From the NCBI GenBank assembly GCA_037133255.1, contig JBAXON010000002.1:1-38448 (forward strand): DNA of 38,448 nt, given 5' to 3'. The notes beneath the pieces were generated by a model, which did not search any database, was not told where the DNA came from, and saw only the letters and a list, made by a program, of their open reading frames with translations. The position numbers and the translations under genes are program-made. This DNA is from Deltaproteobacteria bacterium. GTDB taxonomy: Bacteria; Desulfobacterota; Syntrophia; Syntrophales; Smithellaceae. Of the stretch, positions 25,416 through 34,751 are shown piece by piece (the first letter of the stretch is position 1; every line of letters starts with the position of its first letter).

Positions 25416-27821
25416 TTATTTCTTAATTAATTTTTCTACAACTCGAACTGCTTCTACTCCGTCTTTGGCAAAAGACGCGCCGATTTCACTGGCATAGGCT
25501 TCGGTAACCACCGCCCCGCCAACCAGGAAATCTGTTTTTATCCCTTTGGTTCGAGCAAGGTCAATCAAATCCTTCATGTTCACCATCGTTGTCGTCATCA
25601 GCGCCGAAAGGCCAACAACATCGGGGTTTTCCTTTTTCATCGCGTCAATTATTGTCTGATCGGAAACATCCTTGCCCAGATCAATAACATCATAACCATA
25701 ATTTCGCAAAAGGAGGGCAACAATATTTTTACCGATATCATGAATGTCACCCCTGACCGTTGCCATTATTATTTTGCCTTTGCCTGCCGCCGCTGTTTTC
25801 TTTAAGTGCGGATCCAGATGGGCAAGCGCCTTTTTCATTGTTTCCGCGGCGGACATAAGCTGTGGTAAAAAGTAAATCTTCTTTTCGTATAAATCGCCCA
25901 CACGGACAATGGCGGGGATCATAATCTGATCAACCAGTTCCGAGGCCTTCGTGCCGCCTGCAAGCTCTAATTCAATTAAAGCAATGATGCTTTCCTTGTC
26001 ACCTTCGATTATTGCGGACGCAATTTTTTCCTTCGGAGTCGCGGTTTCTTTTCCAACAGTTGCAGAGGATGCAGAATCCGGCTGGACGGAGAAATGCTCA
26101 ATAAAACTTAGTGTGCTTTTATCTTTAGCAGTAAGCGTGTCACTTGCCTTTTTTACATTCATCAATTCCACACTGGAAGGATTAGCGATGGCCATTGTCA
26201 GGCCGCAATATTGCGCCATGGCCAGAAATGAGCAATTAAGCCAGGGGCGTCCAGGCATGCCGAAAGAAACATTGGAAAGACCGAGAACTGTTTTGCTTTT
26301 AAATGTCTCGGTACACCAGCTCAGTGTTTTCAATGTTTCCTGAGCAGCGATGGGGTCAGCGGCCACAGCCATGACCAGACAATCCACAATAAAATCGTCT
26401 TTGGTAAATCCAAACTTTTTGGCCTTCAGGAAAATATTGTTGATCACCGCTTGACGCTTTTGCGCGGTTTTAGGCAGATCGCCACCGGTCAAAGGCAAGA
26501 GAATAAACATGGCTCCATACTTGGCAGCCAATGGCAAAAGCCTGTCGAGTTTTTCTTTTTCACCGGAGATGGAGTTAATCAGCATTCGGCCCGGATAGAG
26601 CCGCAGTGCGGCTTCGATAGTTTCAATGCGAGAAGAATCTACAACCAGCGGCAGTTTAGTCGTCGTCGCCAAAAGGCCGATGACGTTTTTAATTGTTTTT
26701 ACTTCATCAATGCCGGGTTGGCCGACGTTCACATCCAAGAGGTTAGCCCCCAGTTTTTCCTGCTCCTGCGCCATCTGGCGAATGATCGACATCTTGCCCT
26801 CTGTCAGCTCCTGCTGCAGGGCTTTTTTGCCGGTGGGGTTGATTCTTTCACCGACGATGTTGAGGGGCTGATTATCCGTTAAATATAAAAAACTCCGTGC
26901 AGAACTAAGAGCGCTGATTGACTTTCTACAGGGCAATTTTGGTTTGCTGCCAGCCAATGCTTTTGCCAGCTTACTGATATGAACAGGTGTGGTTCCACAG
27001 CAACCGCCGATCATATTGGCTCCGGCTGCCGCAAGCTTTCGGCCATAAGAGGCAAAAGTTTTGGCATCCATATCAAAGACCGTTTTACCGCCTTCCAGAC
27101 GGGGCATTCCGGCGTTGGGTTTAGCCACCAGCGGGATGGTGGCGTATGGCTTCATGGCCCCGATAAATTCCAGCATTTTTTCAGGGCCGGTAGAGCAGTT
27201 GCAACCAACGGCATCAGCTCCCAGGCTTTGCAAGGTGATAAGAGCACTTACCGGATCAGTCCCGCCGAGCGTGTGGCCGTCCTTTTCATAAGTCATGGAA
27301 ACAATGGTAAAGATGTCTTTAATTTCTTTAACGGCAATCAGCGCGGCGCGTGCTTCCTGAATGTCAATCATGGTTTCGATGACAATAAGATCACAGCCGC
27401 CGTCAATCAAGCCACGCACCTGCTCTTTAAAGGCATCTACTGCTTCTTCAAAGCTAAGCGGCCCGAAAGGCTCGATAAATAGACCTGTAGGCCCGATATC
27501 TCCGGCAACCAGAGTTTTTTTGCCGCAAGCTTGTTTGGCCAGAGAAACAAGTTTCGAATTAATCCGGCTGACATTTTCTGAAATGCCGTATTGCTGAAGT
27601 TTGAAGCGATTAGCGCCGAAAGTGCAGCTATAGACTATCTGCGCTCCTGCTTTGGAATAAGCTTCGTGCACATCCCGGATAATTTGGGGATTGTCAATAC
27701 ACCACTGCTCGGGGCAGACTCCGGCAGGTAAGCCTTTTTTTTGCAGCTCAGTGCCGGTTGCTCCATCTAAAACAATAATTTTATTAGCCAGATTTCTTGT
27801 AATTTTACCGCCATTTGTCAT
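25416..27821 (-). CDS. metH: Cobalamin-dependent methionine synthase, short form (Hcy-binding + pterin-binding + B12 cap/B12-binding; no AdoMet reactivation domain)
   Basis: 801 aa with N-terminal VLDGATGT and GGCCGTTP (Hcy S-methyltransferase), a central pterin-binding barrel, and the DxHxxG motif (GDIHDIGKN) in the C-terminal Rossmann domain. The ORF ends directly after the B12 domain. Confidence 0.9.
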   Translation of the reverse strand: MTNGGKITRNLANKIIVLDGATGTELQKKGLPAGVCPEQWCIDNPQIIRDVHEAYSKAGAQIVYSCTFGANRFKLQQYGISENVSRINSKLVSLAKQACGKKTLVAGDIGPTGLFIEPFGPLSFEEAVDAFKEQVRGLIDGGCDLIVIETMIDIQEARAALIAVKEIKDIFTIVSMTYEKDGHTLGGTDPVSALITLQSLGADAVGCNCSTGPEKMLEFIGAMKPYATIPLVAKPNAGMPRLEGGKTVFDMDAKTFASYGRKLAAAGANMIGGCCGTTPVHISKLAKALAGSKPKLPCRKSISALSSARSFLYLTDNQPLNIVGERINPTGKKALQQELTEGKMSIIRQMAQEQEKLGANLLDVNVGQPGIDEVKTIKNVIGLLATTTKLPLVVDSSRIETIEAALRLYPGRMLINSISGEKEKLDRLLPLAAKYGAMFILLPLTGGDLPKTAQKRQAVINNIFLKAKKFGFTKDDFIVDCLVMAVAADPIAAQETLKTLSWCTETFKSKTVLGLSNVSFGMPGRPWLNCSFLAMAQYCGLTMAIANPSSVELMNVKKASDTLTAKDKSTLSFIEHFSVQPDSASSATVGKETATPKEKIASAIIEGDKESIIALIELELAGGTKASELVDQIMIPAIVRVGDLYEKKIYFLPQLMSAAETMKKALAHLDPHLKKTAAAGKGKIIMATVRGDIHDIGKNIVALLLRNYGYDVIDLGKDVSDQTIIDAMKKENPDVVGLSALMTTTMVNMKDLIDLARTKGIKTDFLVGGAVVTEAYASEIGASFAKDGVEAVRVVEKLIKK

Positions 27822-28009
27822 AAAAATATCCCTGATTTGTTTATGTTTTTTAAAGTGAGCTCTTATATCATTTTTAATTCAAGAAATGCGAAATATTTTT
27901 GGGGGAAACAGGGCGAAGATAGATTTATACCTTGAATATTTTTTAATTTGATAAAGTACTGTAATCAGGGGTCGAATCGCTAATATTTACTATATTTTTC
28001 TGAATTTTA

Positions 28010-28039
28010 TTGACATGCTAATCACAACTACTTTATACT
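28010..28039 (+). promoter_or_regulatory. Candidate sigma70 promoter for cstA
   Basis: TTGACA (28010-28015), an 18-nt spacer, then TATACT (28034-28039), about 105 nt upstream of the cstA ATG. Confidence 0.35.
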
Positions 28040-28145
28040 TTTATTTATCGGTAGCAAATTTATTGCGCAAAATTCATCACCAGACCGACATGCTTTTTAC
28101 GCTTTCAATTCTTGCTGCTGAATAAATAAATCAGGAGTAAGAAAC

Positions 28146-29957
28146 ATGAATGCATTGACTCTGGTATTCGTTTCATTGTGCGTTTTTGCTATTGCTTATC
28201 GCTTTTATGGACTATTTATCGCCAGCAAAGTTTTGGTCCTAAAACCGGAAGTGGCCACACCGGCCTCAGCCATGGCGGACGGCCACGATTATGTCAAAAC
28301 GAATAAGTTCGTACTTTTTGGCCATCATTTTGCGGCGATTGCGGCAGCGGGCCCTTTACTCGGACCGGTGCTGGCTGCCCAATTCGGCTATTTGCCCGGT
28401 GCTCTCTGGATTCTTATTGGAGCAGTGCTGGCCGGCGGTGTTCACGATATGATCGTTCTTTTTGCCTCGGTGAGACACAAGGGACACAGCCTATCCAAAA
28501 TAGCGGAAAGCGAGATAGGCAAAACCGCCGGTGCCGTTGCGTCTGTTGCCTTTCTGTTCATTCTTCTTCTCACACTGGCAGGTCTCTCCATCGCAGTAGT
28601 CAATGCCATGTTTGAAAGCGCCTGGGGCACATTTACTGTATTTGCTACCATGCCGATTGCCTTCATCATGGGAATCTACTTGCACGTATTTCGTCCCGGT
28701 GATGTCAAAGGAGCCAGCATCATCGGTGTGGTCATGCTGTTTTTGGCTATTCTTGTCGGGCCTTATGTTGCGGCCGATCCTACATTGTCTTCCATATTTA
28801 CGCTTAGCAAAAAGCAGATTTCCATCATCATTCCCGCTTATGGATTTATTGCCTCCGTCCTTCCGGTCTGGATGATTTTGTGTCCCCGGGATTATCTTTC
28901 CACTTATTTGAAAATAGGGACAATCGCTATGCTGGCGATAGGTATCTTTATTGTACGGCCTGATTTTCAGATGCCGGCGATCACACAATATATCCACGGC
29001 GGCGGGCCGGTTATTCCCGGTGCGGTGTATCCCTTTGTTATGATTACAATTGCCTGCGGAGCGCTTTCCGGCTTTCATGCCATCATCGGTTCAGGAACAA
29101 CACCCAAAATGATTGGCAGTGAACGCGACATCCTGTTTATCGGCTATGGGGCAATGCTTGTTGAAGGATTTGTTGCGATCATGGCATTGATTGCCGCCTG
29201 CGTGCTGGTCCCGGCGGACTACTTTGCTATCAATGCGTCACCGGCGGCCTATGCCAAAATGGGCATTTCAACGGTTAACCTTCCCGAATTGTCCAAACAG
29301 GTAGGCGAAACATTACAAGGTCGGCCGGGCGGCGCAGTTTCATTGGCTGTGGGCATGGCTTATATTTTTTCCGCTGTTCCGTTCATGAAGGGCTTGATGT
29401 CCTACTGGTACCATTTTGCCATCATGTTTGAAGCTGTTTTTATTTTAACAGCCGTTGATACCGGCACACGTGTGGGCCGATTCCTCCTGCAGGAAATGAT
29501 CGGCAAAGTTATCCCGAAATTTAATGAAAAACTCTGGATCCCCGGTATTGCAATAACCAGTTTTATTTTTACCGGCGCGTGGGGCTATCTGGTGTATACT
29601 GGTGACATTGCCACTATCTGGCCGCTCTTCGGAATGAGCAACCAGCTTCTTGCGGCAAGCGCCCTGATTATCGGGACCACCATGCTCATGAGGATGGGAA
29701 AATTAAAATACGCATGGATTACAGCCGTTCCCGGTATCATTATGGCCTTTACGACTCTCTATGCCGGATACCTGAATATTACCGTAAACTATGTACCTAA
29801 TGGAAAATACCTTCTCGCCATCCTGTCGGTTATAATTATGATCCTGATTACTATTCTCTTTATTGCGGCCGTGAAACGCTGGTATGATCTGATGCAACTC
29901 TCAAACCCGGTGACTGACCGGTTTGGTGACCTTGTATTGGAGGAAGTCGAAGAATAA
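28146..29957 (+). CDS. cstA: Carbon starvation protein A family transporter (peptide/pyruvate uptake)
   Basis: 603 aa and polytopic. It has a CstA-typical N-terminus (FAIAYRFYG.FIA.KVL), HFAAIAGAGPL-like HFAAIAAAGPLLGPVLA, and FHAIIGSGTTPK. It has an AGGAG SD. Confidence 0.9.
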   Translation: MNALTLVFVSLCVFAIAYRFYGLFIASKVLVLKPEVATPASAMADGHDYVKTNKFVLFGHHFAAIAAAGPLLGPVLAAQFGYLPGALWILIGAVLAGGVHDMIVLFASVRHKGHSLSKIAESEIGKTAGAVASVAFLFILLLTLAGLSIAVVNAMFESAWGTFTVFATMPIAFIMGIYLHVFRPGDVKGASIIGVVMLFLAILVGPYVAADPTLSSIFTLSKKQISIIIPAYGFIASVLPVWMILCPRDYLSTYLKIGTIAMLAIGIFIVRPDFQMPAITQYIHGGGPVIPGAVYPFVMITIACGALSGFHAIIGSGTTPKMIGSERDILFIGYGAMLVEGFVAIMALIAACVLVPADYFAINASPAAYAKMGISTVNLPELSKQVGETLQGRPGGAVSLAVGMAYIFSAVPFMKGLMSYWYHFAIMFEAVFILTAVDTGTRVGRFLLQEMIGKVIPKFNEKLWIPGIAITSFIFTGAWGYLVYTGDIATIWPLFGMSNQLLAASALIIGTTMLMRMGKLKYAWITAVPGIIMAFTTLYAGYLNITVNYVPNGKYLLAILSVIIMILITILFIAAVKRWYDLMQLSNPVTDRFGDLVLEEVEE

Positions 29958-30176
29958 GAACTGCAAACTAAGATAAAGAGGAAACTAAGGAAAGCGCATT
30001 TGGCAGCACAGCAGACAGGATTGTATAAAAGGGCCATTGTCCCGTCTTAACTGTTTTCCTGCTGATGAGCAAATATATTCCCAAGAACAATATCGCACTG
30101 GCCGTCGTGGATGTATTGCTTTTCAGGCTTGTTTTACCTGTCAATATTTGATAGTTCACAAGACAGGAAGTGGCCG

Positions 30177-31517
30177 ATGAAAGAAATTCTTACAGTTTCA
30201 CAGCTAAATGATAACATTAAATACGTCCTGGAAGAAACATTTGGTTTTGTCTGGGTCGAAGGCGAAGTCTCTAATCTGCACAGGCCTCAATCCGGTCACG
30301 TCTATTTTACGCTCAAGGATAACAAAAGCCAGATTCGCGCGGTTTATTTCCGTAAGTATGGCTTCTCAAAAAACCAGGCGGCCAATTTTGAATTGGAAGA
30401 AGGTTCAAGTGTCCTGTGCCGCGCGCGCCTGAGCGTCTATCCTCCCCGCGGCGACTATCAATTAATTATCGAATCCGTCGAGCCGCGAGGTGTCGGGGCG
30501 CTGCAAAAAGCTTTTGAGCAACTAAAGGCAAAACTTGCTGCCGAGGGTTTATTTGATGATCAGTATAAAAAAGAGATTCCTTTTATTCCAAAGAGAATCG
30601 GCGTAATCACATCACCTACCGGATCAGTAATCAGGGATATTTTGAACATAACAAAAAGGCGCTATCCGGCTGTAGACATCCTGATCGCTCCGGTGAAGGT
30701 GCAGGGTAGCGATGCGGCGGCGGATATGATTCAAGCGCTTTCCAACCTGCATACAAACGGAACTGTTGACGTAATTATCATTGCCCGTGGCGGTGGCTCT
30801 CTGGAGGATTTAGCTCCTTTTAATGATGAAAATCTGGCGCGCAAAATTTTTCATTCAACCATTCCCATAGTGTCGGCAATCGGCCATGAAACTGATTTTA
30901 CTATTTGTGATTTTGTAGCGGATTTGCGCGCGCCAACGCCATCAGCAGCGGCAGAATTAGTGGTGCCCGAAAGATTGGAATTGCTGACTAAAATTACCAA
31001 TCTCAAAAAAAGGGTAATTGCAGGTTATGGCCGCGACATGGCCGATAGACGTAAATACCTTTTAGGGCTTGAGGAAAGATTCAAGGACCCGCGCCGGCAG
31101 GTGACCGACTTGCAAATTCATCTGGATGAATTGCAGCAAAGGATGCATCGGGACATGCGCCACCAGAGACAAACCCTGGCGGGTAAATTGCAGAAACTGG
31201 AGTTGCGCCTGAAACATGCAAGCCCTGAAAAACGGATTCAGGAAACAAGAATGTTGCTCCATAATTTGCAAAAAGATTCCATAACTAACTTTCGAAACTT
31301 TTGGACGGTACGCCATGAGAGTCTGCAAAAAAGCGCCGCGGTGCTTAATTCCCTAAGTCCTTTGGCTGTATTGCAAAGAGGTTACAGCATCACACGCAAG
31401 CAGCTATCAGGTGAACTTGTCCGGAGCGCCGGAACTCTTTCGATAAATGAAGAGGTAAATATTCAATTGGCAAAAGGAAAAATTCAGGCTAGAGTTGAAA
31501 AAATATACGGGGAGTAA
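30177..31517 (+). CDS. xseA: Exodeoxyribonuclease VII large subunit
   Basis: TVSQLNDNIKYVLEETFGFVWVEGEVSN…SGHVYFTLKD (OB fold), VITSPTGSVIRDI, and IIARGGGSLEDLAPFNDE. I moved the start to ATG 30177. Confidence 0.9.
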   Translation: MKEILTVSQLNDNIKYVLEETFGFVWVEGEVSNLHRPQSGHVYFTLKDNKSQIRAVYFRKYGFSKNQAANFELEEGSSVLCRARLSVYPPRGDYQLIIESVEPRGVGALQKAFEQLKAKLAAEGLFDDQYKKEIPFIPKRIGVITSPTGSVIRDILNITKRRYPAVDILIAPVKVQGSDAAADMIQALSNLHTNGTVDVIIIARGGGSLEDLAPFNDENLARKIFHSTIPIVSAIGHETDFTICDFVADLRAPTPSAAAELVVPERLELLTKITNLKKRVIAGYGRDMADRRKYLLGLEERFKDPRRQVTDLQIHLDELQQRMHRDMRHQRQTLAGKLQKLELRLKHASPEKRIQETRMLLHNLQKDSITNFRNFWTVRHESLQKSAAVLNSLSPLAVLQRGYSITRKQLSGELVRSAGTLSINEEVNIQLAKGKIQARVEKIYGE

Positions 31518-31522
31518 AAGAT

Positions 31523-31759
31523 ATGGCAAAAGAAAAGTTTGAAGATGCTTTGGAAAAACTTGAAGATATTGTTCAAAAAATGGAAGCAGGGGATATGTCG
31601 CTTGATGACGCGCTGAAATCTTTTGAAGAAGGGATCAAGCTGATCCGTTTTTGTTCAGCTAAACTCGATGAAACTCAAAGGCGCGTCGAACAACTTCTGG
31701 GAAATGAAGACTCCTTGAAAGTAAAAAGTTTTCAGGAAGAAGACGGCAATGGCAATTGA
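31523..31759 (+). CDS. xseB: Exodeoxyribonuclease VII small subunit
   Basis: 78 aa with FEDALEKLEDIVQKMEAGDMSLDDALKSFEEGIKLIRFC. It immediately follows xseA. Confidence 0.9.
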   Translation: MAKEKFEDALEKLEDIVQKMEAGDMSLDDALKSFEEGIKLIRFCSAKLDETQRRVEQLLGNEDSLKVKSFQEEDGNGN

Positions 31760-32651
31760 TGAGGAATTCCTTAAAGCCTATCTCCATGACAGGCAAAATA
31801 TTGTGGAAGAGGCGCTGACGCGTTATCTTCCAGCTGTGGACAACGTTCCGCCGGAAATATTTAAAGCGATACACTACAGTGTTTTTGCCGGCGGCAAACG
31901 AATCCGGCCGATTCTATGTCTTGCATCTGTAGAAGCCCTCGGTGGCGATATTGCGCAGGCGTTGCCTGTTGCCTGCGCGCTGGAGTTGATTCACACTTAT
32001 TCGCTCATCCATGATGATCTGCCGGCTATGGATAATGACGATTTCCGGCGCGGGAAGCCTACCAGCCATAAAGTATTTGGAGAGGCAATTGCTATTCTGG
32101 CAGGAGACGCACTGCTTACAGAGGCTTTTAACCTGCTGTCACGGTCGGAAAAAATGCGAATTCCCGCGGAACGGCGTCTGGCTGTAATTCAGGTAATCGC
32201 TCAGGCTGCCGGCATTTCCGGTATGGTCGGCGGTCAAGCTCTTGATTTGCTGGCTGAAAAAACTAAACCCGATCTGGAAGCACTGCGAGATATTCACCGG
32301 CGCAAAACGGGAGAATTGATTGTGGCCGCGGTAAAATCCGGAGCAATCATGTGCGGCGCAAGCGAAGATAAGGTGCAGGCACTAACAGATTATGCTATGA
32401 ATATCGGGCTTGCCTTTCAAATTGCCGATGATATTTTGAATGTTGAAGGTGATTCTGAACTGATGGGTAAAAATACCGGCTCTGACGCGGCACGGGGCAA
32501 AGTAACTTATCCATCAATAATTGGCCTTGAAGATGCAAAAATAATATTATCGGAACATTTAGACGCGGCAATTCAAAGCATTGATGATTTTGATGAGCGG
32601 GCTCTTCCTCTGCGCGTTATTGCCGACTATATTATTAACCGGAAATCTTAA
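31749..32651 (+). CDS. ispA: (2E,6E)-farnesyl/geranyl diphosphate synthase (polyprenyl synthetase family)
   Basis: First Asp-rich motif LIHDDLPAMDNDDFRRG and second motif FQIADDILN. It overlaps xseB by 11 nt. Confidence 0.85.
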   Translation: MAIDEEFLKAYLHDRQNIVEEALTRYLPAVDNVPPEIFKAIHYSVFAGGKRIRPILCLASVEALGGDIAQALPVACALELIHTYSLIHDDLPAMDNDDFRRGKPTSHKVFGEAIAILAGDALLTEAFNLLSRSEKMRIPAERRLAVIQVIAQAAGISGMVGGQALDLLAEKTKPDLEALRDIHRRKTGELIVAAVKSGAIMCGASEDKVQALTDYAMNIGLAFQIADDILNVEGDSELMGKNTGSDAARGKVTYPSIIGLEDAKIILSEHLDAAIQSIDDFDERALPLRVIADYIINRKS

Positions 32652-32682
32652 AAACTTTATTATTCCGAAAGAAAGAAAATTC

Positions 32683-34581
32683 ATGAAATCGCAGGAAACA
32701 GTAAATTACAGCGTATTGCAAAACGTTAATTTCCCCGCTGATATCCGCAAGCTCAATACAGGCGAACTTAACACTTTGGCGCGGGAATTAAGAGAATTGA
32801 TTATTCAGTCCGTCGCTTCCTGCGGCGGTCATTTAGCTTCATCTTTAGGCACTGTAGAATTAACACTAGCTATCCACTATGTATTTAACACACCGCAAGA
32901 CAAAGTCATCTGGGATGTCGGCCATCAGTCTTACGCTCATAAAATTATCACCGGCCGCAAAGAAAAAATTGCCACGATGCGCAGTAAAGGCGGTATCAGC
33001 GGATTCCCCAAAAGGGAAGAGAGTGCCTATGATACCTTTAATGTCGGACACAGCGGAACTTCTATTTCCGTGGCGGCGGGATTTGCCGAGGCAGGGTGCT
33101 TAAAGGGTGAGCGCAATAAAATAATTGCCGTAATCGGCGATGGTTCCATGACCACCGGGATGGCCTTTGAAGGTCTGAACTGGGCGGGCGACCGCCAGAA
33201 AGACATGATCATAATTTTAAATGATAATGAAATGTCCATTTCGCCGAATGTTGGCGCTTTGTCCTCATATTTAAACCGCATGATGACTGGTCATACGGTA
33301 ACTCGATTAAAAGCGGAAATAAAAAATTTCCTTAAAAGGGTTCCGGTTATTGGTGAACACATTGTCCGCGTGATCCGCCAGATAGAAGAATCCCTGAAAA
33401 TGTTTGTAGTGCCCGGAGCGCTTTTTGAAGAACTGGGCTTTACTTATGTCGGCCCTTTGGAAGGTCATCGTCTTGATCACCTCATTCGGAATTTTGAAAA
33501 TCTCAAAGAATTAGAAGGCCCTGTGCTTGTGCATGTTCTCACCAAAAAAGGCAAAGGCTACAAATTTGCCGAAGAAAAACCCCTGACTTATCATGGCCTG
33601 TCGCCTTTTGATGTGGCCACAGGAAAGCCTTTAGCCGCTCCTTCCGCAATACCTTCTTACACTAAGATTTTTGGAAAGACCATGCTTGAACTGGCACGCG
33701 CCGATTCGCGCATTGTCGCTATTACTGCCGCCATGTGTGAAGGAACGGGGCTTGATCAGTTCTCTAAGGAATTCCCCAAGCGCTTATTTGATGTCGGCAT
33801 TGCCGAACAGCACGCGGTGACTTTTGCCGCAGGCCTGGCGATTGAAGGCTTTATCCCGGTTGTGGCCATTTATTCAACTTTTCTTCAGCGTGCCTACGAT
33901 CAGATTTTGCATGATGTATGTCTGCAAAAACTGCCGGTAGTTTTTGCCATTGACCGCGCGGGCATCGTTGGCGAAGACGGGCCAACCCATCAGGGGCTTT
34001 TTGATTTCTCTTTTCTGCGCAACATTCCTCATCTCGTCATTATGGCGCCTAAAGATGAAAATGAACTAAGGCACATGCTCAAGACTGCCGTGAATTGCCG
34101 CTTGCCGGTATCACTGCGTTATCCGCGAGGAAGGGCTTTGGGAGTGAACATTGATGAAGAACTCAAAACTCTGGAAATCGGCAAAGGCGAAGTGCTGCGA
34201 GAAGGTTTGAATCTGGCCATAATTGCCATTGGCTCAACCGTCTATCCGGCGCTTGCCGCAGCTCTTAGACTGGCAGGGGAAGGAATAAACATTAAAGTCA
34301 TCAACGCCCGTTTTGCTAAACCGATTGACAGCGAACTTATTGCCAATACTGCGGTAGTGATCAAAAAAATTCTCACCGTCGAAGAAAACGTCCTGCAGGG
34401 AGGCTTTGGCAGTGCTGTGCTGGAACTCTTAGCAGAAAAAAACATAACTGGCGTGCAACTTAAGAGGCTGGGCATTCCCGACGAATTTGTGGAGCACGCT
34501 ACACAGTCCCAACTGCGTCAGAAATACGGCATCGATGAAGACGGAATTTATCGCGCGGTGAAAGAAATGCTGGGTGTGTAG
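32683..34581 (+). CDS. dxs: 1-deoxy-D-xylulose-5-phosphate synthase
   Basis: GGHLASSLGTVELTLAIHYVF…DKVIWDVGHQSYAHKI, GDGSMTTGMAFEGLN, and DVGIAEQHAVTFAAGLA. I moved the start to ATG 32683; the track's 32581 start overlaps ispA. Confidence 0.95.
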   Translation: MKSQETVNYSVLQNVNFPADIRKLNTGELNTLARELRELIIQSVASCGGHLASSLGTVELTLAIHYVFNTPQDKVIWDVGHQSYAHKIITGRKEKIATMRSKGGISGFPKREESAYDTFNVGHSGTSISVAAGFAEAGCLKGERNKIIAVIGDGSMTTGMAFEGLNWAGDRQKDMIIILNDNEMSISPNVGALSSYLNRMMTGHTVTRLKAEIKNFLKRVPVIGEHIVRVIRQIEESLKMFVVPGALFEELGFTYVGPLEGHRLDHLIRNFENLKELEGPVLVHVLTKKGKGYKFAEEKPLTYHGLSPFDVATGKPLAAPSAIPSYTKIFGKTMLELARADSRIVAITAAMCEGTGLDQFSKEFPKRLFDVGIAEQHAVTFAAGLAIEGFIPVVAIYSTFLQRAYDQILHDVCLQKLPVVFAIDRAGIVGEDGPTHQGLFDFSFLRNIPHLVIMAPKDENELRHMLKTAVNCRLPVSLRYPRGRALGVNIDEELKTLEIGKGEVLREGLNLAIIAIGSTVYPALAAALRLAGEGINIKVINARFAKPIDSELIANTAVVIKKILTVEENVLQGGFGSAVLELLAEKNITGVQLKRLGIPDEFVEHATQSQLRQKYGIDEDGIYRAVKEMLGV

Positions 34582-34586
34582 AAAAG

Positions 34587-34606
34587 GGAACAACAGTTCC
34601 ATTTTT
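34587..34606 (+). terminator. Weak intrinsic terminator candidate after dxs
   Basis: GGAAC-AACA-GTTCC followed by ATTTTT, 6 nt after the dxs stop. The stem is only 5 bp. Confidence 0.3.
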
Positions 34607-34687
34607 ACATAACCAATCGATCCACCGGACATGCGGGCTGCTGCTCATTTCGTTCGCCGTAAACATTAATAAGGCCCTTGATTAATT

Positions 34688-34716
34688 CATGTTGAAATTG
34701 TATTAATTTTAACATG
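34688..34716. promoter_or_regulatory. Inverted repeat (12-bp arms, 11/12 match, 5-bp spacer) upstream of the hydrolase lipoprotein gene; operator candidate next to a TAAAAT box
   Basis: CATGTTGAAATT-GTATT-AATTTTAACATG, with TAAAAT at 34719-34724 and the ATG at 34752. Confidence 0.3.
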
Positions 34717-34751
34717 AGTAAAATATATCTTTCGGTTTAGGAGGTTTGAAA

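Noticed and set aside
27822-28145. A riboswitch (cobalamin or SAM) in the metH leader, or a CRP-type site upstream of cstA.
   Set aside because: The region is AT-rich. I could find no B12-box-like GCCACTG, no SAM-I/II conserved helices and no TGTGA-N6-TCACA. Only a sigma70-like promoter for cstA is supportable.
30065-30151. A 28-codon ORF (MSKYIPKNNIALAVVDVLLFRLVLPVNI) downstream of cstA, considered as a YbdD/YjiX-like small partner gene.
   Set aside because: It has no SD, shows no resemblance to DUF466 proteins, and overlaps the xseA upstream region. It is probably non-coding.
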